A stretch of DNA of 32,000 bases from Candidatus Omnitrophota bacterium (GCA_021735045.1 JAIPHU010000012.1:1-32000); one strand, 5' to 3'. Positions 15,632 through 21,871 are shown, numbered from the stretch's first letter. Made by a program: numbers and translations. Notes: generated from the letters alone by a model not told the origin.

Positions 15632-16536
15632 TAACTAGGATTAATTTTTAAGATTTTTTCGATCTTGGTTGCAGCCAGCAGTGCATCTTTTGCTGCTTTT
15701 GCATAGGAGCTATCAAAATCTTTTTTAATTACTAGATGAATAAAATGGCCTATTTCTTTTTTTAGAGGTTCTTCTTTTTCAATTTTTAAGGTTTGGCAAG
15801 ATATCTGGCTTTTGTCTTTTTGGTAAACTTCAACGCTTTGATTTGCATAATCAATTGATATATATTTATTAGGCATAAATATTCTTATCTTCCTTTCTTT
15901 TTTTGAAGAGATTCGCGAAGAAGTTATATTGGCTACACAGCCTTTTTTAAAACTGATTCTGCAGTTAGCGATGTCTTCTGTTTCCGAGAGAACTTTAACT
16001 CCTTTGGCCTCTATTTTTTTTATTTTACTTTGTGCTAAATCCAGGATTATGTCTAGGTCATGGATCATTAAATCAAGCACCACGCTTACATCAAGTGAAC
16101 GGTGGGGATAGGGGCTAAGCCGGTGGCATTCAATAAACAAAGGGTTTTTAATAGTTTCCTTGGCTTTAAGGTAAGCACTGTTGTATCTTTCTACATGGCC
16201 GACAAACAGAAGCGTTTTATTTTTTTGAGCAAGTTTAACCAATTTTTCAGCTTGTTTTGGTTTTTTGGTTATTGGTTTTTCAACTAAAACCGGTATTTTG
16301 TTTTTTAAAAAAAATGAGGCAATGGCAAAATGAGTTGAAGTAGGAGTTGCAATGCTAACCAAGTCTACTTTATTTTTTAAATCGTGATAATCAGAATAAG
16401 CAGGAAGGCCGTGATTTTCCAATTTTTTTTTGTCTGTATCGACAAGGTATATTTTTTCTATATCTTTTGATTCCTTATAGATACGCAAGTGGATTGAACC
16501 AAGTTTTCCTAAGCCGATTACTGCTACTTTTAACAT
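15631..16536 (-). CDS. Gfo/Idh/MocA-family NAD(P)-dependent oxidoreductase
   Basis: It has the Rossmann N-terminus MLKVAVIGLGKLGSIH and the EKP motif (VLVEKPI). Its stop overlaps the lpxB start by 1 nt. I prefer the ATG at 16536 over the TTG at 16572 used by the ORF track, because that TTG is part of a strong -35 hexamer. Confidence 0.8.
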   Translation of the reverse strand: MLKVAVIGLGKLGSIHLRIYKESKDIEKIYLVDTDKKKLENHGLPAYSDYHDLKNKVDLVSIATPTSTHFAIASFFLKNKIPVLVEKPITKKPKQAEKLVKLAQKNKTLLFVGHVERYNSAYLKAKETIKNPLFIECHRLSPYPHRSLDVSVVLDLMIHDLDIILDLAQSKIKKIEAKGVKVLSETEDIANCRISFKKGCVANITSSRISSKKERKIRIFMPNKYISIDYANQSVEVYQKDKSQISCQTLKIEKEEPLKKEIGHFIHLVIKKDFDSSYAKAAKDALLAATKIEKILKINPS

Positions 16537-16543
16537 AAAATTT

Positions 16544-16572
16544 ATATTATCAGAGAACTTGAGAAAAGTCAA
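16544..16572 (-). promoter_or_regulatory. Candidate sigma70 promoter TTGACT-N17-TAATAT on the minus strand, 7 nt upstream of the ATG
   Basis: On the minus strand the sequence reads TTGACT (16572-16567), a 17-nt spacer, TAATAT (16549-16544), aaatttt, then ATG (16536-16534). There is no Shine-Dalgarno sequence between the -10 hexamer and the ATG. Confidence 0.45.
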
Positions 16573-16636
16573 TTAATGTGGTAAAATCCCTCACCGCAAG
16601 ATAAGCTAAGGCATAAAAATAAAGGGAAAAACAAAA

Positions 16637-18454
16637 ATGAAAGGGCATCTAAAAGAATATTTTAAACTATTACAATTCGCAAAAGGCCAAAGGTTCTGGT
16701 TATTTTTAGCAATTGTTTGTATGGGGATTACTACTCTTTTTGAAGGGGTAAGCTTAGGGTTAATTATTCCGGTTTCTGACCGGGTTTTAACTAATAAAAA
16801 AATAGTAATACCCGGAGAACTCCCGGATTTTTTAAGCAATTTTATCGATAAGCTAAATGCTATTGAACCGGTGATGTTTTTAAAGCTGATTGTTGTTTTT
16901 ATCCCTTTGATTTTTCTGATTAAGGGTATTTTTACTTTTTTACAAAATTACTTTATGAATATTGTTGGCCAGCAAGTAATCTATGAAGTAAGAAACCGGC
17001 TTTTTGATAAGTTTCACCAGCTTTCCATGAATTTTTATGCTAAAAAAAGAATGGGGGAGCTTATGTCTAGAATTACCAATGATGTAGCAATTATAACCAA
17101 CGCTATTTCCTATGCCTTAAAAGATCTTTTATTTGAATCAATGAAGGTGTTTATTTTTGCAATTTTAGCTTTTTATATTGGGTTTAAAATATCTTGGAAG
17201 TTGCCCCTGGTTGCTTTTATCCTTTTCCCCTTAATTATGTTTCCGGTAATCCGACTGGGAAAACGGATTAAAAAGTTTACCAAAACCATGCAAGAAAAAA
17301 TGGCAGATCTAAACTCTTTGATGGCAGATACAATCGGGGGGATGTATATTGTAAAAGCTTTTTCACGTCAAAATCATGAAAGACGGCGGTTTAGAAATAT
17401 AAACTATGGCTACTATAAATATAATCTAAAAGCAATAAAAAGAGAAATTACTATTTCTCCTTTGACAGAGTTTACTGCTACTATTGGAGTGGTTTTTGTA
17501 CTTTGGGTCGTGGGAAATGAAGTTATTTCAGGGAGAGTGTCTTTTGGTATTTTTGGGGCTTTTATGGCTTATTTGATGTCAATGATTAGGCCGCTCAAAA
17601 AGCTGTCGAATGTTTATGCAATCAATCAAAAAGCTTTAGCTGCATCAGCAAGAATCTATGATATTTTAGAGGAAACTCCTCAAATAGAGGAGAGGAAAAA
17701 TCCAGAGGATATAAAAGAAATTAAGGATTCTATAGAGTTTAAAGATGTTCAATTTAGATATAGTCCAGATGATGATCTGGTTTTAGAAGATATTAACTTA
17801 AAAGTAAAAAAAGGAGAAGTAGTTGCTTTAGTAGGGCCTTCGGGCGCTGGAAAGACCACTTTAGTCAATCTTTTGCCTCGGTTTTACGATCCGCAAAAAG
17901 GGGTCGTTAAGATTGATCAAAGGGATATAAAAGCTGTTAAGATTGAGTCTTTGCGAGAGTTAATCTCGATAGTTTCACAACAAACTGTGCTTTTTCATTC
18001 AACTGTGGGAGAAAATATTGCTTACGGTAAGGAAGGGGCGACTTTTGAGCAAGTAAAAGAAGCTGCAAAAAAAGCTCATGCTTATGAATTTATTGAACAA
18101 TTTCCTAAAAAATTCGATACAGTTATAGGAGATAGAGGAGTTAAGCTTTCGGGGGGGCAAAAACAAAGGATATCTATTGCGCGAGCCATTCTTAAAGATG
18201 CGCCAATTTTAATCTTAGATGAAGCTACCAGTCAGCTTGATTCTATTTCAGAGAAGTTTATCAAAGAAGCATTAACAATACTGATGAGGGGCAAGACTAC
18301 TTTTGTAATTGCTCATCGGTTATCTACTGTAGAGGAAGCAGATTTGATTGTAGTTTTAGATAAAGGAAAAATTAAAGAAACGGGTACCCATAAATCTCTG
18401 ATAGCCGGTGATACTGCCTATAAAAGGTTATATGAGCTTCAGTTTAACATATAA
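16637..18454 (+). CDS. msbA: Lipid A / lipid export ABC transporter (fused permease-ATPase), MsbA-like
   Basis: 605 aa with a six-helix exporter domain followed by an NBD (GPSGAGKTT, LSGGQKQRISIARA, ILILDEATSQLD). It is divergent from the lpxB operon. Confidence 0.82.
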   Translation: MKGHLKEYFKLLQFAKGQRFWLFLAIVCMGITTLFEGVSLGLIIPVSDRVLTNKKIVIPGELPDFLSNFIDKLNAIEPVMFLKLIVVFIPLIFLIKGIFTFLQNYFMNIVGQQVIYEVRNRLFDKFHQLSMNFYAKKRMGELMSRITNDVAIITNAISYALKDLLFESMKVFIFAILAFYIGFKISWKLPLVAFILFPLIMFPVIRLGKRIKKFTKTMQEKMADLNSLMADTIGGMYIVKAFSRQNHERRRFRNINYGYYKYNLKAIKREITISPLTEFTATIGVVFVLWVVGNEVISGRVSFGIFGAFMAYLMSMIRPLKKLSNVYAINQKALAASARIYDILEETPQIEERKNPEDIKEIKDSIEFKDVQFRYSPDDDLVLEDINLKVKKGEVVALVGPSGAGKTTLVNLLPRFYDPQKGVVKIDQRDIKAVKIESLRELISIVSQQTVLFHSTVGENIAYGKEGATFEQVKEAAKKAHAYEFIEQFPKKFDTVIGDRGVKLSGGQKQRISIARAILKDAPILILDEATSQLDSISEKFIKEALTILMRGKTTFVIAHRLSTVEEADLIVVLDKGKIKETGTHKSLIAGDTAYKRLYELQFNI

Positions 18455-18464
18455 TAATAAATAA

Positions 18465-18492
18465 TTGAAAATATTAGTGAATATGATATACT
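18465..18492 (+). promoter_or_regulatory. Candidate sigma70 promoter TTGAAA-N16-TATACT upstream of rpsB
   Basis: TTGAAA is at 18465-18470 and TATACT at 18487-18492. This would give a leader of about 140 nt. Identified by pattern match only. Confidence 0.4.
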
Positions 18493-18498
18493 TTTCAA

Positions 18499-18580
18499 AT
18501 GAATCTTACTCCTTGACAACCAAATTGTCCAGGAAGCACATTTGTCAAGGGGTTAATTCATAGACGGCTTTTGCCCTATG
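18499..18580 (+). promoter_or_regulatory. Structured rpsB leader (nested and alternative hairpins)
   Basis: CCTTGACAA (18511-18519) pairs with TTGTCAAGG (18542-18550) over 9 bp. This stem is extended by ATGAAT (18499-18504) pairing with ATTCAT (18556-18561). A second hairpin, CATAG..GGC-tttt-GCC..CTATG (18559-18580), overlaps the outer stem. Confidence 0.5.
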
Positions 18581-18638
18581 ATTTATTAAATTTAGTAAAA
18601 TTTTATAAATAATCTGCTCATTAAAGGAGGAAAAAATA

Positions 18639-19511
18639 ATGGGATTGACTGATACTATTAAAAAAATGTTAGAAGGAGGGGTGCATTTTGGCCATCTTAA
18701 GCGCAATTGGAACCCTAAAATGCAAAAATTTATCTTTGGTAGGAAAAAGAATATCTATATTATTGATTTAGAAAAAACTACTAAAATGCTTGATCAAGCT
18801 AAAGAATTTTTAAAGGAAACAGCTAAATCAGGTGGAACCATTCTTTTTGTAGGTACTAAAAGACAAATTAGGCCGGTAATAAAAGAGTTAGCCAATTCTT
18901 GTGATATGCCATATGTAGACCAAAAATGGGTAGGAGGCTTACTTACTAATTTTTCTACTATAAAAAAACGCCTGCAGAGATATCTAGAACTTCTTGATAT
19001 GCGTCAAAAAGGTGAGTTTGATAATATTCCCAGTAAAGAAGTGGTTCGCCTAAATCGTCAAATTAGCCGTATGGATAAAAATTATAGTGGGCTGAGCACC
19101 TTAAAAACTTTACCTGATTGTGTATTTGTTGTGGATCCAAAAAGGGAAAAAGCTTGTGCGAGAGAAGCTGCGAAATTGTCTATTCCTTTAGTAGCTTTAA
19201 TTGATACAGATGCCAACCCTGAAGAGGTAGATTATCCTATACCTGGTAATGATGATGCAATTAGGTCTGTGAAATTTATTGTTAGTTCTTTAGTCGAGGC
19301 AGTAAATGAAGGACGAGAGCAATATCATACGATAGAGAAAAAAGAAGATCTTCAAAAAGAAGAAGAAACAGAAAATCAGGAAGAAGAGAAAAAAGAAGAA
19401 GCTAAAAATCAAAAAACAGAAGAAAATAAAACTAGAGATAAAAAAGAAAAAAAGACAAAAGAAAAAGAGGATGAAGACCGAAAAGAAAATAAAGAGGAGG
19501 AAAAGGAATAG
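18639..19511 (+). CDS. rpsB: 30S ribosomal protein S2, with a Lys/Glu-rich C-terminal extension of about 60 aa
   Basis: The N-terminal blocks GVHFGH and KMQKFIFGRKKNIYIIDLEKT are typical of S2. AAAGGAGG precedes the ATG. The C-terminal tail is KKEDLQKEEETENQEEEKKEEAKNQ...KENKEEEKE. Confidence 0.93.
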   Translation: MGLTDTIKKMLEGGVHFGHLKRNWNPKMQKFIFGRKKNIYIIDLEKTTKMLDQAKEFLKETAKSGGTILFVGTKRQIRPVIKELANSCDMPYVDQKWVGGLLTNFSTIKKRLQRYLELLDMRQKGEFDNIPSKEVVRLNRQISRMDKNYSGLSTLKTLPDCVFVVDPKREKACAREAAKLSIPLVALIDTDANPEEVDYPIPGNDDAIRSVKFIVSSLVEAVNEGREQYHTIEKKEDLQKEEETENQEEEKKEEAKNQKTEENKTRDKKEKKTKEKEDEDRKENKEEEKE

Positions 19512-20042
19512 ATGAGTTTAGAAGATATAAAAAAACTAAGAGAAAAAACTTCATTAGGTGTAAATGACTGTAAAGAGGCGTTACAAGAAGCAGAAGGAGA
19601 TTTTTCTAAAGCGCTTAAGGTGCTTAGAGCTAAAGGTGCAGATGTTTTAAAAAAGAAAGGTGAGCGGGCAACTTCCCAAGGGGTAATAGAGTCTTATGTT
19701 CATTTTGGTGGCAACATTGGAGTTTTAGTTGAGGTTAATTGTGAAACTGATTTTGTAGCCAGAAATGATTTATTTAAAAAGTTTGCAAAAGATGTAGCTA
19801 TGCATGTTGCAGCTTTATCACCTGAGTATGTAAGTAAAGATCAAGTTTCTCAAGAGATTTTGGAACAAGTAAAAAATAAAGAAGAATATATTAAAAAGAA
19901 CTGTTTGCTAGAACAGCCTTTTGTTAAAGATTCTTCACTAACGGTTTCTGACTATTTAAAAAAAGTTGTTTCGCAAACTGGAGAAAATATTAAAATAGAG
20001 CGTTTTGTTCGTTTTGTTGTCGGAGAAGACGATGAAAGCTAA
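19512..20042 (+). CDS. tsf: Elongation factor Ts (short form, 176 aa)
   Basis: It has the N-terminal UBA-like block IKKLREKTSLGVNDCKEALQEAEGDFSKALKVLRAKG, the core block VNCETDFVARN and the C-terminal block GENIKIERFVRF. It starts directly after the rpsB stop. Confidence 0.88.
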   Translation: MSLEDIKKLREKTSLGVNDCKEALQEAEGDFSKALKVLRAKGADVLKKKGERATSQGVIESYVHFGGNIGVLVEVNCETDFVARNDLFKKFAKDVAMHVAALSPEYVSKDQVSQEILEQVKNKEEYIKKNCLLEQPFVKDSSLTVSDYLKKVVSQTGENIKIERFVRFVVGEDDES

Positions 20043-20745
20043 ATATAGGCGTATTTTGCTCAAAATTAGCGGAGAAGCATTTTTGGGGAAGTTTTCTCAT
20101 GGGATTGATACTGCAATATGTGCTCATCTTGCCAAACAAATCAAAGAATTAACTAAGTTAGGCACTGAAATTGCTTTAGTTGTTGGTGGAGGAAATATTT
20201 TCAGAGGAATGCCTAAGTCAAAAGAGTTTAAGATGGAGAGAACTGTTGCCGATTATATGGGGATGATCGCAACAGTTATAAATGGCTTAGCTTTACAAAA
20301 TGCTCTTGAGAATGAAAATATTGATTCTAGAGTTATGACTGCCATATCGATGGATAAAGTGGCAGAGCCTTATATTCGGAGACGGGCCATGAGGCATCTT
20401 GAGAAAAAAAGAGTTGTTATATTTGTGGCTGGCACGGGAAATCCTTATTTTACTACCGATACTGCTGCTTCTTTACGCAGTGTTGAGATTGGAGCAGATG
20501 CTTTATTTAAAGCAACAAAAGTTGATGGGGTTTATTCTAGTGACCCTTTAGAAGATAAAGGAGCTAAGTTGTTTAAGCAGCTTAGCTACATTGATGTAAT
20601 TAACAAAGAACTTAAAATCATGGATTCAACAGCAATTACTTTATGTATGGAGAATAAACTGCCGATTACTGTTTTTAACTTTACAAAATCTGGTAATTTA
20701 AAAAAAGCTGTTTCCGGACAAAAGATAGGTACACTTATTGGTTAA
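20032..20745 (+). CDS. pyrH: UMP kinase
   Basis: It reads MKAKYRRILLKISGEA... and contains VVGGGNIFRG and the amino acid kinase fold pattern. I prefer the ATG at 20032, which overlaps the end of tsf, over the ORF-track start at 20005 because it gives the canonical PyrH N-terminus. Confidence 0.9.
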   Translation: MKAKYRRILLKISGEAFLGKFSHGIDTAICAHLAKQIKELTKLGTEIALVVGGGNIFRGMPKSKEFKMERTVADYMGMIATVINGLALQNALENENIDSRVMTAISMDKVAEPYIRRRAMRHLEKKRVVIFVAGTGNPYFTTDTAASLRSVEIGADALFKATKVDGVYSSDPLEDKGAKLFKQLSYIDVINKELKIMDSTAITLCMENKLPITVFNFTKSGNLKKAVSGQKIGTLIG

Positions 20746-20775
20746 TTGGTTAATTGGTGAGTAGTCAATTGGTTA
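20737..20775. repeat. Octamer repeat ATTGGT(T/G)A: three tandem copies plus one more after a 7-nt gap
   Basis: Copies are at 20737-20744, 20745-20752, 20753-20760 (ATTGGTGA) and 20768-20775. The first copy encodes the last two codons and most of the stop codon of pyrH. Confidence 0.8.
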
Positions 20776-20792
20776 ATTAAAGAGGGGGAAGA

Positions 20793-21353
20793 ATGAGGAT
20801 TGCAGAGTTAATAGCGGAAATAGAAAAAAATATGGAAAAAGCCATTGAAGCTACCAAAAGAGAGTTTTCAGAACTGCGTTCAGGTAGAGCAAATCCCAAA
20901 ATGGTAGAAGGGATTAGGGTTAACTACTATGGTGCTCCTACTTTACTTAAAGAACTTGCTACTATAGGTGTTCCAGAAGCTAGAATGTTAGTTATCAGCC
21001 CTTATGACCCATCTTCTCTAGGAGAAGTAGAAAAAGCTATTTTACAGTCAGATTTGGGTATTACTCCAATAAATGATGGTAAGATAATTCGTTTGGTAGT
21101 ACCACCTTTGTCAGAAGAAAGGAGAGACGAACTGATAAAAATGGTAAAGAAAATAGCTGAAGAAGGAAAAGTATCGATAAGAACCATAAGAAGAGGTGGA
21201 AGGGAAGATATAAAAAATTTAGAAAAGAAAAAAGAAATTTCAGAAGATGATAAATACAGTGCAGAAGAACAACTACAAAAGTTGACCGACCAATATATAA
21301 AAAAAATCGACACTATTTTAGAAGAAAAAGAAAAAGAATTAAAAGAGTTTTAA
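20793..21353 (+). CDS. frr: Ribosome recycling factor
   Basis: 186 aa with the blocks LRSGRANP, YYGAPTLLKELA, PPLSEERRDEL and SIRTIRR. AGAGGGGG precedes the ATG. Confidence 0.93.
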   Translation: MRIAELIAEIEKNMEKAIEATKREFSELRSGRANPKMVEGIRVNYYGAPTLLKELATIGVPEARMLVISPYDPSSLGEVEKAILQSDLGITPINDGKIIRLVVPPLSEERRDELIKMVKKIAEEGKVSIRTIRRGGREDIKNLEKKKEISEDDKYSAEEQLQKLTDQYIKKIDTILEEKEKELKEF

Positions 21354-21359
21354 ATGGTA

Positions 21360-21432
21360 GAGCCGCTAGCTCAGTTGGTAGAGCACCGCCCTTTTAAGGC
21401 GGGTGTCCCGAGTTCGAGCCTCGGGCGGCTCA
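21360..21432 (+). tRNA. tRNA-Lys (anticodon UUU)
   Basis: Hand-folded cloverleaf. The acceptor stem is GAGCCGC/GCGGCTC and the D arm is GCTC-agttggta-GAGC. The anticodon arm is CCGCC-cTTTTaa-GGCGG and the T arm is CCGAG-ttcgagc-CTCGG. The discriminator is A. It is 73 nt with no encoded CCA and starts 6 nt after the frr stop. Confidence 0.92.
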
Positions 21433-21435
21433 CTT

Positions 21436-21517
21436 GCCGCGGTGGCGGAATTGGCAGACGCGCTGGACTTAGAATCCAGTCTCGCAAGAGGTGGGAGTTC
21501 GACTCTCCCCCGCGGCA
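21436..21517 (+). tRNA. tRNA-Leu (anticodon UAG), type II with long variable arm
   Basis: The acceptor stem is GCCGCGG/CCGCGGC with a 3-bp D stem. The anticodon arm is CTGGA-ctTAGaa-TCCAG. The variable arm is 13 nt (tctcgcaagaggt) and the T arm is GGGAG-ttcgact-CTCCC. It is 82 nt, lies 3 nt after tRNA-Lys and has no encoded CCA. Confidence 0.92.
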
Positions 21518-21537
21518 GTTATACGTTCTTTATTCTA

Positions 21538-21572
21538 ATGCAACAAAACAGGTTCAAACAAAAATGTTGCAT
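21538..21572 (+). other. Hairpin ATGCAACA / TGTTGCAT with a 19-nt A-rich loop
   Basis: An 8-bp perfect inverted repeat (21538-21545 with 21565-21572) lies between tRNA-Leu and hairpin A. It loosely resembles a degenerate hairpin-B unit. Confidence 0.5.
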
Positions 21573-21584
21573 AAGCTTTAATAA

Positions 21585-21615
21585 GGCACTTCGCCGAGGA
21601 ATTCGGCTTAGTGCC
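21585..21615 (+). repeat. Hairpin A copy (GGCACT-tc-GCCGA-ggaat-TCGGC-tt-AGTGCC)
   Basis: It matches 1200-1230 at 29 of 31 positions, and both helices are preserved. Confidence 0.85.
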
Positions 21616-21658
21616 GCGAAAAACAGAGGAATACTCTAGATAATTGCGTTTTTCGCGG
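21614..21658 (+). promoter_or_regulatory. Hairpin B copy: 11-bp perfect inverted repeat (CCGCGAAAAAC / GTTTTTCGCGG) around a 23-nt loop with CTAGATAATTGC
   Basis: The arms are 21614-21624 and 21648-21658. Stem length, loop length and offset from hairpin A are the same as at 1229-1273. The 3' arm includes the first 4 nt of mature tRNA-Gly. The loop GATAAT lies about 11 nt upstream of the tRNA 5' end, which is compatible with a -10 box. Confidence 0.6.
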
Positions 21659-21727
21659 GTGTAGCTCAGCTGGTAGAGCGTCACGTTGCCAACGTGAAGG
21701 TCGGGGGTTCGAAACCCCTCGCCCGCT
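21655..21727 (+). tRNA. tRNA-Gly (anticodon GCC)
   Basis: The acceptor stem is GCGGGTG/CGCCCGC with one G-U pair, and the D arm is GCTC-agctggta-GAGC. The anticodon arm is TCACG-ttGCCaa-CGTGA and the T arm is GGGGG-ttcgaaa-CCCCT. It is 73 nt with no CCA and is followed by the T-rich tract tttttttgtttttt. Confidence 0.92.
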
Positions 21728-21787
21728 TTTTTTGTTTTTTGGTTGAAAGAGGCCTTGAGATAATCTGTGGGTAATTTGAGAGAGTTT

Positions 21788-21844
21788 TCGGAAACAATTA
21801 TAGTCCCTTCGGGACACTTCGCCTGCGGCGAAGATTGTTTACGA
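21788..21844 (+). ncRNA. Compact three-helix element of unknown function
   Basis: The outer helix pairs TCGGAAACAAT (21788-21798) with ATTGTTTACGA (21834-21844) at 10 of 11 bp. It encloses GTCCC-ttcg-GGGAC (21803-21815, a UUCG tetraloop) and CTTCGCC-tgc-GGCGAAG (21817-21833). GC-rich helices stand out in an AT-rich spacer. I did not recognise it as any known RNA family. Confidence 0.4.
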
Positions 21845-21863
21845 AACCCCTCGCCCGCTTTTT
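21842..21863 (+). repeat. 22-bp direct repeat of the tRNA-Gly 3' end (CGAAACCCCTCGCCCGCTTTTT)
   Basis: It is identical to 21710-21731, which covers the T-loop 3' part, the 3' T stem, the acceptor 3' strand, the discriminator and the trailing T residues. No matching tRNA 5' half lies upstream, so it is a partial duplicate. Confidence 0.88.
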
Positions 21864-21871
21864 CATTATAA

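Noticed and set aside
15128-16287. Plus-strand ORFs 15128..15331, 15929..16111 and 16102..16287, opposite lpxB and the oxidoreductase.
   Set aside because: They are shadow ORFs of the minus-strand genes with low-complexity translations.
16606-16839. A 77-aa minus-strand ORF overlapping the msbA start.
   Set aside because: It overlaps the conserved N-terminal TM region of msbA, has no ribosome-binding site and resembles no known family.
20005-20031. The longer pyrH start at 20005 from the ORF track.
   Set aside because: The nine extra residues (MFVLLSEKT) lie within the tsf coding region. The ATG at 20032 gives the canonical MKAKYRRILLKISGEA N-terminus.
21002-21313. A 103-aa antisense ORF inside frr.
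   Set aside because: It is a shadow ORF of a Lys/Glu-rich gene, with a Ser/Phe-rich low-complexity translation.
21354-21817. ORF-track entries 21354..21581 (+), 21403..21639 (+) and 21608..21817 (-).
   Set aside because: They run straight through three well-folded tRNA genes and structured spacer DNA. They have no ribosome-binding sites and their Arg/Gly/Ser-rich translations are typical of reading through GC-rich RNA genes.
21767-21863. A second tRNA-Gly gene or pseudogene ending at the duplicated 3' end.
   Set aside because: Only the last 22 nt are tRNA-like. There is no 5' T-stem strand (GGGGG), no D arm and no anticodon arm. The only possible acceptor partner (GTGGGT at 21767) gives a weak 6-bp helix with two G-U pairs.
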